Virus record (IMG/VR): IMGVR_UViG_3300031884_000004
Source of the DNA: an uncultured virus (IMG/VR IMGVR_UViG_3300031884_000004)
Lineage: Duplodnaviria > Heunggongvirae > Uroviricota > Caudoviricetes
Direction: 5' to 3' (one strand)
Length of the DNA: 64,000 nucleotides
Within the stretch, counting starts at the first letter, position 1; every line of letters begins with the position of its first letter. Under the pieces are notes generated by a model. The model did no database searches, had not been told where the DNA came from, and worked only from the letters and a program-made list of their open reading frames with translations. A program made the translations under genes and the position numbers. This document shows positions 18,020-27,981 of this stretch, in pieces.

Positions 18020-19879
18020 TTATAGTCTAAAACGGGCAATGTCCATAATACGCTGTAATTCTTCTGGGAATTCAGTCGATTCATTTGCGCCTACTAGTTT
18101 GCCAATATTATTATTCTTGACCTTTTCTGTAGGTCCAAGTTGTCCGGCGCGCTTTTGATTTGCATCTAAGTCTTCTTCAACCGTTTCATCTACTTTGGAC
18201 ACGTAGTGGATTTCGTAGTTGCCCTCGTTATCTGGATGATCAAAAAACTTGTCTTGTGCCGCTTGATTTTTAAACTTCTTGTTAAAGGACTTAGACTTTG
18301 CACCATAAACTCCAGAAACCTTTCTAGGTTCGTGATCTGCTAGATCCTTTTCGTAAGCAGTTTCTTTTACTTCTTCTGGATTGTCCTTAACTCTACGAAG
18401 TTTTGGTCCGCCCAATTCTGCGTCCTTCTTTGCATCGTCATACTTCTTCTTACGAAGGTAAGCAGGCGTATCAAGGTCCTTACCCATCCAAGGTTCTAAA
18501 GCTTCTTCTACTTCTTCATTACTGAATGGCTTTTTACCTTTAGCGATTTTGTCAAATCTTTGTGCCGCACGGGCCGCAGACTTACCTAAATTAATGTCCT
18601 TAGGATCAGTCGCAGAATCACCTTCTATTTCTCCGTGTAACATTAAATTAGCAAGAGTTTTATTGTCTTTAGACTTTTCACCAGCTTGATATCTCTTGAA
18701 TCCTGGTATCTTTCTTAACATCTTTTCAGTACCAGTAGCTTCTTCAATATCATCCAAATCCTCTACATTTTTGAGATCCGGATTGGTTGATTTTAATCCT
18801 TGACGCTGTTGGGTCTTGAAATCTTTCATTTCGTCTTTCTTGTACGGATCAGAAACTTCTTCCAGATGCTCGTTAGCGATTCCATCAGCCCACTCTGCTA
18901 GTTCGTTGACTTCGCTCATTTCATTTACCTTCTTCTGAAGGCGAGCAAGGATAGGCATTACTGATTCGATGCGAGGGTCAGTAGTTTCTTGTACGAAAAG
19001 TTCATTTATAGAAGACGAATCGTTTTCGTTTTCCATAAGAGTAGGAGTCCATGATTCGAAATATGCAGTGTATCCGCGATGACCAGTCATTTTGTTTAGG
19101 TTTTCGCGCAACTTATTATAATGATTTAAGCCCTCATTAACTAAAGCTTGTGCTGATTCGTTAAATTGCTTATTACGGGTAGCTCTCACAAAGCCTGCCA
19201 TCTTGTTGTATTCTTCGCATAGTCCCTTGATGTGGTTCCAGCGCTCATCATTAGGCAGACCACCTTCAGCAATATGACGTGCATACACTCGTGCGACACC
19301 TGGCTTGTTTGTAGGTGCTAAGAATCTTTCGCCATCGACGTTTTCTAGATAGATGCGAGCGACGTTGCGATAGCGCTGTTCACCTTCTTCGATATTGCGA
19401 TTGTGCTGTAGGATGATCTTTACGTTTGGTACTGCGTCATTGTAGCTGGCCTTCTTACCCATCGGGTAGTAGCCTTCTGAAACTTTTTCTTTCATCTTGT
19501 AATATTCCCGTTGTCTCATGTCGTCGCCCAAGCGATCTTTGTTTGATAATTCGAAGCTAAGCTGTCTACGTTGTGCCCATGTCTTAAGGTTCTTTAAGAA
19601 CCCTGTCCAGGTATCATCGTATTCGACTCCCGGTGTTATATTATTGGGACTATCTTGTTGTTCACTATCATAATACACAATGACATTTTGTACATCATCG
19701 ATACTTACCCAAGCTTTACCATACTCTTTGTCATCCTTGACAAACGTAAATTCCATAACATCTGCACTTTGCGATGCAGGAACACGTTGGTTTTTTGAAT
19801 CGAGCGGTACAGGTTTATACCCTCTCACTTTAAGTAAGTCGTACAAATCGCGGTTAAAGGATTCTGAATCTGTGGCCAT
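18020..19879 (-). CDS. putative head/prohead-associated protein
   Basis: late promoter; adjacent to terL; charged C-terminal half with many I/V/L-x-E sites. Confidence 0.5.
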   Translation of the reverse strand: MATDSESFNRDLYDLLKVRGYKPVPLDSKNQRVPASQSADVMEFTFVKDDKEYGKAWVSIDDVQNVIVYYDSEQQDSPNNITPGVEYDDTWTGFLKNLKTWAQRRQLSFELSNKDRLGDDMRQREYYKMKEKVSEGYYPMGKKASYNDAVPNVKIILQHNRNIEEGEQRYRNVARIYLENVDGERFLAPTNKPGVARVYARHIAEGGLPNDERWNHIKGLCEEYNKMAGFVRATRNKQFNESAQALVNEGLNHYNKLRENLNKMTGHRGYTAYFESWTPTLMENENDSSSINELFVQETTDPRIESVMPILARLQKKVNEMSEVNELAEWADGIANEHLEEVSDPYKKDEMKDFKTQQRQGLKSTNPDLKNVEDLDDIEEATGTEKMLRKIPGFKRYQAGEKSKDNKTLANLMLHGEIEGDSATDPKDINLGKSAARAAQRFDKIAKGKKPFSNEEVEEALEPWMGKDLDTPAYLRKKKYDDAKKDAELGGPKLRRVKDNPEEVKETAYEKDLADHEPRKVSGVYGAKSKSFNKKFKNQAAQDKFFDHPDNEGNYEIHYVSKVDETVEEDLDANQKRAGQLGPTEKVKNNNIGKLVGANESTEFPEELQRIMDIARFRL

Positions 19880-19897
19880 AATGATATTTATGCCAAC

Positions 19898-21445
19898 TTA
19901 GCCAAAGATTGCAAAGAATGGAAGCGGAGCAACAAACTCGTCATGGTCACGAATTTGAGATTCCAGATCACCATGAAAATCCGCTAGTTGTTGCATCATT
20001 CTAACTGCTAACAGGGATGACATAACTAAATCATCGGTATCGCCGATCTTAGCAGCATAACTGCCCCCGTTTGCGACAAAAGCCTTAAGTTCGCTGATCA
20101 GCGATCGGCTATATATTGTCATCTTTTTTGATTCTAACAGTGTCTTGAATTTTGCACACGCTGCTAATTTGGGCTTTTGGCTAGTGTTGAATCCTTTACG
20201 TTTCTTACCTGGTTCACTGATAAACGTACCCTGAATGTTGGCTTCTCCGTATTCTGCCAGTGAGATCAATGACGCTTCACCAATAGAGTTATTTTCCACA
20301 GAATAATAAATGTTGTTGGGCTCACCAGTGCATTCAGCTATGTATTTGGTGATCTGTGCCATTAGCTTAATCTGACTGGGAATATCAGTTTTGTTATGCT
20401 TCCACTCACCTATTTGAGTAGTCGTACTGGCTTCAAATATTTGCATAGCAGCCGGATCTCCACCAGTACCCAATGAGGGGTCCAATGCAACTACATACAA
20501 CTTTCCCTTTTCTGGTGTCTTATACCAGCGAACTTGTCCCATTCTAGTTATAGGTTCTATGCCATCTAACATCAACAGTGTATTTGGATTTATTAAGGTT
20601 TCATCCGCAATGATGAAGTTACAATCTATTTCTCGACCAAAACGATCATCACCTAACTGGGCGCGGATCTCGTTTGCCCATTTCTCATCTCTTCCTGGCT
20701 GCTCTTTCCAATAAGCTCGATATGCTCTGAATCCGTTTACACCTAACTCAGTCGTATTACCGAACTCATCTTCCGTTTTATTTGCACCCTTCCAAATCAA
20801 CGCGAATTGGTCTTCGTCTGAGTTTGGCGTTGACGTGATGATTGCCTTACCACCAGTTGCTAGCGTAGGAGTAATGGATGTCCAAAATTCTTTAGCAATG
20901 CTAGGTCTAACGAACGCAAATTCGTCAAGATATAGCAGCGTGATAGACATACCACGACCGGTGTTTTCAGTAGTAGTGGCGGATACAATACGAGAACCGT
21001 TTTCAAAATCTAAAGAGCCCTTATTGTATGTAGTGACTCCTGCCTTTATGTGATCTGGACAGTTTTCATACGCATACCTTATTCTCTGCATGATTTCTTG
21101 TGCACCAGTATATTTGTGTGCTGCAATAAGAATCGTAGAGTCAGGAACGAACATTGCATACCAAAGTAGGTAACCAGCAGCGGATGTTGACTTACCTGAC
21201 TGTCTAGGCATTAGCGATATAGAGAATCTATACTTGTGGTATGTTTCTATCAATCTTTCTTGATAAGGCCACGGGTGATATAACATACTACCTTTAGTAG
21301 GATGTTGAATGTAGAAAAAGTTATCCATAAAGTATAGATATCCGGTTTCAGGATCACAACACTTCATGAAGTCCTCAAGTTCTTTTTTATTCTTGAAGAC
21401 CGTCTTCTTATATGGATCTTTTATTAGTGTTGGTTGATTGCTCAT
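19898..21445 (-). CDS. terL: terminase large subunit (T4 gp17-like)
   Basis: PRQSGKS, LYLDEFAF, ITSTPN, LDPSLG and DDLVMS motifs. Confidence 0.95.
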   Translation of the reverse strand: MSNQPTLIKDPYKKTVFKNKKELEDFMKCCDPETGYLYFMDNFFYIQHPTKGSMLYHPWPYQERLIETYHKYRFSISLMPRQSGKSTSAAGYLLWYAMFVPDSTILIAAHKYTGAQEIMQRIRYAYENCPDHIKAGVTTYNKGSLDFENGSRIVSATTTENTGRGMSITLLYLDEFAFVRPSIAKEFWTSITPTLATGGKAIITSTPNSDEDQFALIWKGANKTEDEFGNTTELGVNGFRAYRAYWKEQPGRDEKWANEIRAQLGDDRFGREIDCNFIIADETLINPNTLLMLDGIEPITRMGQVRWYKTPEKGKLYVVALDPSLGTGGDPAAMQIFEASTTTQIGEWKHNKTDIPSQIKLMAQITKYIAECTGEPNNIYYSVENNSIGEASLISLAEYGEANIQGTFISEPGKKRKGFNTSQKPKLAACAKFKTLLESKKMTIYSRSLISELKAFVANGGSYAAKIGDTDDLVMSSLLAVRMMQQLADFHGDLESQIRDHDEFVAPLPFFAIFG

Positions 21446-21466
21446 GATATTATTTAGTATAATATA

Positions 21467-21745
21467 CTACTTTTTTGAGAAGGGATCCTCACCAGTAAGA
21501 TGTGGTTTAGCAAACATTACTTTAAACCATTCCGGAGCTCCGGGCCTAATATTGTTGTCCCGGATATATTGATGCTTTTTGGTGTTTAGGGCAGGGTCTA
21601 CTGGTTCTACTTCACCATTTACCCTGCCGTTTCCACTGAGACGTTTTAGTTCTTCAATCGTCGTTTCTTTTTCCGGCGGCAATTGATAGTTGCGCATAGT
21701 CTGATATGCATTTTGTAGTTTTGCTTGTTTAAATGCATCAAACAT
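21467..21745 (-). CDS. hypothetical protein
   Basis: ELKRLSG and IRPGAPEWF motifs. Confidence 0.65.
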   Translation of the reverse strand: MFDAFKQAKLQNAYQTMRNYQLPPEKETTIEELKRLSGNGRVNGEVEPVDPALNTKKHQYIRDNNIRPGAPEWFKVMFAKPHLTGEDPFSKK

Positions 21746-21746
21746 G

Positions 21747-22019
21747 TTAACTTACCTTTATAACAGCAAAATTGATTACCAATGTATCTGCGGCATTAGA
21801 GCCCGAGCCTGTACCATCACAGTTATCAATTACTATTACAAAACTACCTGCGGCATTTACAGAATTGACACTGACTGAATAATTTACAGATGCACCGCTA
21901 GCGATGTTTACAATGACCATATCTTTTGCACTAGTAATATATGAATTATTAACAGTAAAAGCTGCTGTCGTGCCCTTGTTTATAGTAGTGTTTGCGGTTG
22001 TAATTTGGCCGGTGCGTCC
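21747..22019 (-). pseudogene. start-less C-terminal domain of a virion structural protein
   Basis: open frame GRTGQITTAN...VINFAVIKVS* with no start codon at its 5' end; absent from the ORF track. Confidence 0.55.
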
Positions 22020-22020
22020 A

Positions 22021-22308
22021 TTATTCAGATCCTGTGTTTACATGAGGGGCTCCCAATTCCGTTATCGAGAACGGTGCAGCGGTGCCATTAACATTAATAT
22101 AGGCAATATAATTGCCTTGTCCTACCAGGAAGCTGCGCTCTACTGTATTTGCAGGAATTACTTCACATGCAGTAACATTTGCGGTGACACTAGAATTACC
22201 TACGTTCACCGCAATTGCCGATGAAGTAGTAGCAATTCTCACTTTGTCTGTTAATATGGGACCAACTCTTGCGGTTGAACCCGACGGTGTTTGAATATAT
22301 GATGCCAT
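22021..22308 (-). CDS. small virion structural protein (putative)
   Basis: beta-rich Ser/Thr/Ala/Val composition; late promoter upstream. Confidence 0.6.
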   Translation of the reverse strand: MASYIQTPSGSTARVGPILTDKVRIATTSSAIAVNVGNSSVTANVTACEVIPANTVERSFLVGQGNYIAYINVNGTAAPFSITELGAPHVNTGSE

Positions 22309-22364
22309 TGATATCTAACCCTTTAATGTATTTATCATGGCTTGTAGAAAATTCATTTCCTACA

Positions 22365-23069
22365 TTACTTGATATCCAGAGGTCTAGCTTTAGTAGCTAC
22401 TATGCAGAAGTACTTTTCTTTAACAGTTTTAGTTTTAGTAGGATCTTCCGCATCTGGTACATTCAAGTCAAACTCTAGATTATTAAACTGATCAATGTTG
22501 AATCCACATCTAATCAGAAGGGCACCCAATTGGTTAGAACCTAAAATGCTATAGTGATTGAGATTAAACTCATGCTGACGCTCGCAGTCAGGTGCAGGAA
22601 CTTCGATATAAATCTTTGATCCTTGCTTCAAAACTCTATTGTACTCCATAAGAGAGAAAATAGGATAGGGTGAATGTTCCAATGCATGGCGCAAGAAAAT
22701 AAAGTCTACTGATTCATCATAGTAACCGTCAGTTTGAGGCAGAAATGATAAATCATACTTCTTGATCGTATGACCCTTATTTTCACAAACTTGGATATCT
22801 CCAGGACTTAGTGTCACTCCGACCAGATTAGTATAGTTGCGTTCCTTCATTTCATCTAGAAAATATCCGGTGCCGCATCCCAAATCTAAGATGTGTGCAT
22901 CCTTAGGCAGGTTAAGCGGATCGATGTACGTTTCCACAACTTGTTTAGTAAGTTGAGCGTGAAATTGGCTTTCACCTTCATCATAGATATGAGCATGGTA
23001 TAGCCAATCGTTATAAAAACGTAGCTTAACTAGGTCTAGAGTTTGATTGATGTCTGCTGATGTTGTCAT
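22365..23069 (-). CDS. class I SAM-dependent methyltransferase
   Basis: ILDLGCGTG, HALEH and RVLKQG motifs. Confidence 0.88.
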   Translation of the reverse strand: MTTSADINQTLDLVKLRFYNDWLYHAHIYDEGESQFHAQLTKQVVETYIDPLNLPKDAHILDLGCGTGYFLDEMKERNYTNLVGVTLSPGDIQVCENKGHTIKKYDLSFLPQTDGYYDESVDFIFLRHALEHSPYPIFSLMEYNRVLKQGSKIYIEVPAPDCERQHEFNLNHYSILGSNQLGALLIRCGFNIDQFNNLEFDLNVPDAEDPTKTKTVKEKYFCIVATKARPLDIK

Positions 23070-23098
23070 GAAATTACTTATTCATGAAAACAACTCAG

Positions 23099-23482
23099 TT
23101 ATTTTTTCTTATAGCCCTTAAATGCTTTAATTGGGCTATTCTTTTGAGTGTTAGATAGCTCTGTACTACGATTATCACTCAGTTTCTTTACTCTGCCCGC
23201 ACCAACTGTTTTAGCAGCAACATTGATTATTTCTAGTTCAACATCAGTGTAGGTAGAAAGTAGAGGGTCGCCTGCCATCGGACCAACCGGCGGAGTTGGA
23301 TAATCCGGAGCTCCGGCCATCGCAATACCAAAACGCCAAGCCAGATAAGGATTACCGTTTGACTTATTGATGCTTATATCCGGCATGCTGATCGCGCCCT
23401 TGATAGCATCCATTTGACCATCAGCAAATGCCTTAGGGTTTGCAGGTGTGTCAGATTCAGTAATAAATTCGTGCGCTCTCAT
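23099..23482 (-). CDS. putative internal head protein (paralog of 23479-23904)
   Basis: N-terminal MRAHEFITE; shared RFG.A.AGA and SP.KAFKGYK. Confidence 0.6.
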   Translation of the reverse strand: MRAHEFITESDTPANPKAFADGQMDAIKGAISMPDISINKSNGNPYLAWRFGIAMAGAPDYPTPPVGPMAGDPLLSTYTDVELEIINVAAKTVGAGRVKKLSDNRSTELSNTQKNSPIKAFKGYKKK

Positions 23483-23904
23483 CTCTTGTATCCTTTAAAT
23501 GCCTTCAATGGACTGCTTTTATCAACATCCTTAGTTTCAATACTAGTAGGGCTGCTAATCATCTTTTTGCCTCGCAGTCCCATTTGTTTTAGTGCGTCAT
23601 CAATGTATGGTCCAGCATCATGACCATAACTAACTACTATCTCACCCTCGCCGAAAGGACTTTCACGAGTCATGCTGCTTACTCCGTCATCCCTGCGGGC
23701 AGAAGCACCTTTGGCTCCAGCAATAGCTACACCAAATCTATACTGTAGATAGGGATCCTGATTAGGTAATCCTGGTATAGTATACGTTGCAGGTAAAGCA
23801 TCAAATTGGTCTGGTAAAAGTTTAGTTTCCGGTGGTGTAGGAGAGCCTGGTTGTTCCGGAAGTAACGGCTGTGCGCTTTCTACTATAAACTCCCAAGCTC
23901 TCAT
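23479..23904 (-). CDS. putative internal head protein (paralog of 23099-23482)
   Basis: N-terminal MRAWEFIVE; shared motifs. Confidence 0.6.
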   Translation of the reverse strand: MRAWEFIVESAQPLLPEQPGSPTPPETKLLPDQFDALPATYTIPGLPNQDPYLQYRFGVAIAGAKGASARRDDGVSSMTRESPFGEGEIVVSYGHDAGPYIDDALKQMGLRGKKMISSPTSIETKDVDKSSPLKAFKGYKR

Positions 23905-24461
23905 TACGGTTGCTCTGTGGTGATGTCTACTACTGTTTCAGTAGCCAGAGACGAATTTAAGGAGTTTTCTGTGGAGATATATGCACCCGGAACATTTGGA
24001 CCAACCCACATAATTTGAGAAGAAATGAAGTGTGTTAAGTCCGCTGACAGTAGAGGATTGGACAGTATTTGTACATTTCCGCTACCCGAATCAACAATCA
24101 TGTCATAGAGTGATACGCTGTTTCCAAAAAAGGTCGATCCATATCCAGTAAATTTTACTGCATTACCGCCATCGTTAACTTGTGCATATAGCTGAATTGT
24201 CTGGCTGTCTGGTGTTCCGTCATTGTATGACTTGATGTAGAATTGTCCCTCAGTAAACGTAGAGACCGGTGTCTCAAATATTACTTGTCCTGGAACATTA
24301 CCGGATGTATATGATATAGTTGAATTTACAAAGGTCTGAAACAGAGTTGAGAAATTATTGTTGATCTTACTGAATGCAACACGTAACGGATCACCTTGTT
24401 GGTCATTAGGTGCTGCGCCAATATTAATAATTTCTTGACTGTATTGAGGTGTCGTACTCAT
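23904..24461 (-). CDS. virion protein with a T4 gp9/gp10-like N-terminus
   Basis: INIGAAPNDQQGDPLRVAFSKINNNF motif. Confidence 0.7.
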   Translation of the reverse strand: MSTTPQYSQEIINIGAAPNDQQGDPLRVAFSKINNNFSTLFQTFVNSTISYTSGNVPGQVIFETPVSTFTEGQFYIKSYNDGTPDSQTIQLYAQVNDGGNAVKFTGYGSTFFGNSVSLYDMIVDSGSGNVQILSNPLLSADLTHFISSQIMWVGPNVPGAYISTENSLNSSLATETVVDITTEQP

Positions 24462-24513
24462 AGAGACCTTCCGTTGTTATTAAGTATTTATCTAACGGAA
24501 GTTACAATTCTAC

Positions 24514-24780
24514 TTACTTGATAGCAGATTGATATATCTTTTTTTGTTCGTCATACCAGCTATTCCAAGCCTTGTTTTGGTTTTTACAGATATGATACTT
24601 GACATAATTTTCAGTTACCACTTTTAAAAGATCACTAAGTTTAGCGTTTTCCGCTAACAATGATAGTTCTTCGCAATCTTTAGAAAGCGCAGGTGGCCTA
24701 TCTGGAAATTTAGGTGCAGCAACTACGGTTGCACATCCAGTTAACATTACTGCGAGCAATGTTATTATTAGTGGTTTCAT
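24514..24780 (-). CDS. o-spanin (Rz1-like lipoprotein)
   Basis: lipobox LTGC, Pro-rich, overlaps the end of the upstream membrane gene. Confidence 0.7.
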   Translation of the reverse strand: MKPLIITLLAVMLTGCATVVAAPKFPDRPPALSKDCEELSLLAENAKLSDLLKVVTENYVKYHICKNQNKAWNSWYDEQKKIYQSAIK

Positions 24781-25244
24781 TGCGGTGCTCCAGAAGATGG
24801 TGCTTCGGTCGCCTCAGCATTGATAGTTGCTGCTATATTGTGTGCTTTAATTACCTCTTGCGGAATTACACATGCATTATCATACTTCACAACTTCTCTG
24901 TCGATATATTTAATGATATCATCACCCTTTTCGTGAATGATCTTTTCGGCGGCGTCCACTTTATTTTGAATTTGAGTGTTTGTGCTGGCGCTTTTTTCAG
25001 CAGCCACTGCAATCTTAGTTTCTACTTTTGCTGTACGTAAATCTAAGTCTTTTTTGTATGACAGTCCACCTTCGTAGTACAAACCAAAACACACTAGAAC
25101 GTATCCTAAAACACGAATTGGAATAGTATATTGCTTTACAAAAGGTATAGGTCCGAGAAAATAGGAAACCAAAAGGGCAAGGCCTCCTGCTAACAAGAGC
25201 AGGTGAATCAAAAGACCCGGAAAAAAAGAAAGCAACCAAAGCAT
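24777..25244 (-). CDS. i-spanin (Rz-like)
   Basis: N-terminal TM segments, coiled-coil, C-terminal CVIP...HN.AA. Confidence 0.65.
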   Translation of the reverse strand: MLWLLSFFPGLLIHLLLLAGGLALLVSYFLGPIPFVKQYTIPIRVLGYVLVCFGLYYEGGLSYKKDLDLRTAKVETKIAVAAEKSASTNTQIQNKVDAAEKIIHEKGDDIIKYIDREVVKYDNACVIPQEVIKAHNIAATINAEATEAPSSGAPQ

Positions 25245-25274
25245 AACAACTTTATTTATACTTTGTTGAATAAA

Positions 25275-26351
25275 TTACATACTGTAAAAAGTAATTACCG
25301 TATTAGCAATATATTCAATTTCATTGTCCGTAAGCTCGGGATATATAGGTAAACTTAATACACCTCTAGTAAGCATCACGCCGGTACTAATGAAATCTGG
25401 CTTGACTAAGTTCTTTGCAATAGGAAGTTCACTTAGAGCATAAGGATAATGAACTTTCGTTTCTATACCATTTGTATTAAGGTAAGCTGCTAATTCATTC
25501 CGACGGTCGGTTTCAATAACAAATTTTTGATCCATATGAAACATGAAGTCTCTACTTAGACAGCGCAGGGGCAAATCCTTAAATGCATTCAAGTAATATT
25601 GTCTAATTTTCTTTCGACGGATTTGCCATCCGTCTATATATTTGGATCTGACTAATAGGTGCGAGCAATCTATTTCGCTCATCTTACTATTAGTACCTGC
25701 GCATTCATGTCTCTTTCCGCCATTAGACACATAATCTTTAGCAAACTTATAAATTTCTATGTCATTAGTGACGATGGCACCACCATTACCAGAGGCATTT
25801 AGATTTTTAGTAGGATCAAAACTAATTGCCATAGCGATACCTATGTTACTAGGATCTGCTAACCAATGCTGGGCGCCATCTACTATTATATGAGTATCTG
25901 CAACTTGCTCAAATTTAGCTAAGCTTCTACTGCCGGCGGCGCCGTATAATCCTACGTAACAAGTATGTATGTTGTGCGGGAATTCTGTTATCAATCCGTT
26001 TTTATCAACATCGACTAATTCCACATTCCATCCTGCAGTCAAAAAAGCGTTGAGAGTTGCAGGATATGTCAGATTAGGAATGCGAATAGTATCTGATACT
26101 GGATAGTGATATTCTTTTTCTACATTCAATTCGGCTCGGGCAATAATCTCTAGTGCTTGTGTTCCGGAATGAGTTACCAACGCGAATTCGGCACAGCATC
26201 GGTCCCGCAACCAAGCTTCAAACATTTCAGTTTGCGGCCCGGAAACAAGGATTCCTTCCTTAAGGGCATCGTGAGTTGCTGATGCTAACTCATCCTTAAG
26301 ATTGTTGTACTGTCTTGCTAGACCAGTAAAGGGAACTTGTAAGATACTCAT
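25275..26351 (-). CDS. DegT/DnrJ/EryC1/StrS sugar aminotransferase
   Basis: SGTQAL, DGAQ, SFDPTKNL (PLP Lys), GNGGA and LSLPIYP motifs. Confidence 0.9.
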   Translation of the reverse strand: MSILQVPFTGLARQYNNLKDELASATHDALKEGILVSGPQTEMFEAWLRDRCCAEFALVTHSGTQALEIIARAELNVEKEYHYPVSDTIRIPNLTYPATLNAFLTAGWNVELVDVDKNGLITEFPHNIHTCYVGLYGAAGSRSLAKFEQVADTHIIVDGAQHWLADPSNIGIAMAISFDPTKNLNASGNGGAIVTNDIEIYKFAKDYVSNGGKRHECAGTNSKMSEIDCSHLLVRSKYIDGWQIRRKKIRQYYLNAFKDLPLRCLSRDFMFHMDQKFVIETDRRNELAAYLNTNGIETKVHYPYALSELPIAKNLVKPDFISTGVMLTRGVLSLPIYPELTDNEIEYIANTVITFYSM

Positions 26352-27270
26352 AGTATCGTTGGAATCCTTCTTCGATATCTATTTTTGGATTAAAACCAAA
26401 ATCTCTTTGCGCCGCAAAGGTGTTGAGAGACCCTCTACTAGGATAATTTTGATTTTTGGGATTGATGACAATATTGCCTTTACCTGCAATTTTTATAGCT
26501 AACTCAGCAGCTTCCAGTAGACTACGGCTTTGGCTTCGTGTTATATTGTAAGTTTTATTAGCAGTGTTTTCACTTAATGCTGCTCCCACTATGCCGGCGG
26601 CAGCATCTTCTACATAAGTAAAATCCAAATGTTCTTTTGAGCCGTTAACATTTAAAGTCTCACCCCTGATGGCAGCTAACATGAACTTAGCAACCACTCT
26701 ATCTTCAACGTCACGAGGGCCATATACTGCACTAGGGCGAACAATCGTGTGATCAAAGTACCCGTGTGCAGTGCAATCTTGTACTATTTTTTCCCCTGCG
26801 TGTTTTAGAATACCGTATTGACCTTGCGGGTTACATAGCGCTGTTTCTGGTACATTTTCAACAAAATCTCCATATACCATACTGCTGCTGACGTTTACGA
26901 ATCGGGTTACTTTATGCTCTCGACTAAGTTCGCACAGATTCACTAATCCTTCTATCATCGTTCTTGCACCCATAATAGGATCAGCGCTTACCGTCTTTTG
27001 TCTAGGAAAGCTGGCTAAGTGAATTACTATGGTGGGACAATGTGTTTGAAAAACCTTATTAAGTACTTTAGATTCTATATCTAAACGATAGTTTGCATTA
27101 GTTTTTATAAACTGACTGCGTTCTTTCTGAAGTGAGAACAGTTCTTTCCATGGAATGCTATCATAATTTGTACAGTTATCAACTATGACAACTGAATGAC
27201 CCAGATGTTCTAACTGTTGAACAACGTTATGGCCTATAAAACCATATCCGCCAGTTACTAAGACTTTCAA
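26296..27270 (-). CDS. NAD-dependent epimerase/dehydratase
   Basis: VTGGYGFIG, SSSMVYG, YGILK (YxxxK) and DFTYVED motifs. Confidence 0.9.
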   Translation of the reverse strand: MKVLVTGGYGFIGHNVVQQLEHLGHSVVIVDNCTNYDSIPWKELFSLQKERSQFIKTNANYRLDIESKVLNKVFQTHCPTIVIHLASFPRQKTVSADPIMGARTMIEGLVNLCELSREHKVTRFVNVSSSMVYGDFVENVPETALCNPQGQYGILKHAGEKIVQDCTAHGYFDHTIVRPSAVYGPRDVEDRVVAKFMLAAIRGETLNVNGSKEHLDFTYVEDAAAGIVGAALSENTANKTYNITRSQSRSLLEAAELAIKIAGKGNIVINPKNQNYPSRGSLNTFAAQRDFGFNPKIDIEEGFQRYYEYLTSSLYWSSKTVQQS

Positions 27271-27468
27271 CTATTCTTCCTCAACCTTATCCCAATGAAG
27301 CGGGCCAATTGCGCTACCGACGTAAACTTCATCAGTTTCCATGTCTATTAGCAACCACTTCTCTGGACACTTTGTCTTTACGTGCAAAGTGACTGGCTTG
27401 TCCAATTCTGGCACTTCACTGCCGTCTTTAAGTTTTCTCGTCTTCATTATCTTCGACTCCGCAGGCAT
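27271..27468 (-). CDS. small hypothetical protein
   Basis: TKCPEKWLLIDMET motif. Confidence 0.6.
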   Translation of the reverse strand: MPAESKIMKTRKLKDGSEVPELDKPVTLHVKTKCPEKWLLIDMETDEVYVGSAIGPLHWDKVEEE

Positions 27469-27754
27469 CTAATTCTTCCCCGTAATTGTACCAACGTTGT
27501 TCATCGTAATTCCAATGCCGATTATCGTAGATTTGGAAGGCAATACGGTGGCCCACAAGTCCCAATTCTAAAGTAATACCAGCATGATCTTCTCTAGATG
27601 TGATTCTAAAATCAACCGCTAGGATACTATCGTCTCTCATACCTTGAATCTCCCAACATTTATGTTCGGAGATTTTGCCGTGCTTCTCGTAGACAGAAGC
27701 AAAGTAGTCTGAATTCCAAAATGGATTAGTGATGCTAAATGTCAAGTTAATCAT
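27428..27754 (-). CDS. hypothetical protein
   Basis: 108-aa ORF in gene string. Confidence 0.6.
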   Translation of the reverse strand: MINLTFSITNPFWNSDYFASVYEKHGKISEHKCWEIQGMRDDSILAVDFRITSREDHAGITLELGLVGHRIAFQIYDNRHWNYDEQRWYNYGEELDACGVEDNEDEKT

Positions 27755-27981
27755 TCGAATTTAAGCTTCCAAAAAGTTAAAAGTTCAGGGGTAAAAATTC
27801 CATATATTCTATGTATTGTTAGGTCTCGCTGCGCGTCCCGTAATTGCTCATGATTTATCGCAATTCTATTACGGTCTAAGAAATCTGATTTATCTTGCGG
27901 CAAACACCACTGCAACGACGCCGGAAGTTCATAGGCAGTAGAATAATACTCATATATGAGATACTTATAATTCGTTTTCAT
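27751..27981 (-). CDS. small protein, possible distant member of the F-x-L-(R/K)-W family
   Basis: C-terminal ELLTFWKLKF. Confidence 0.5.
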   Translation of the reverse strand: MKTNYKYLIYEYYSTAYELPASLQWCLPQDKSDFLDRNRIAINHEQLRDAQRDLTIHRIYGIFTPELLTFWKLKFE

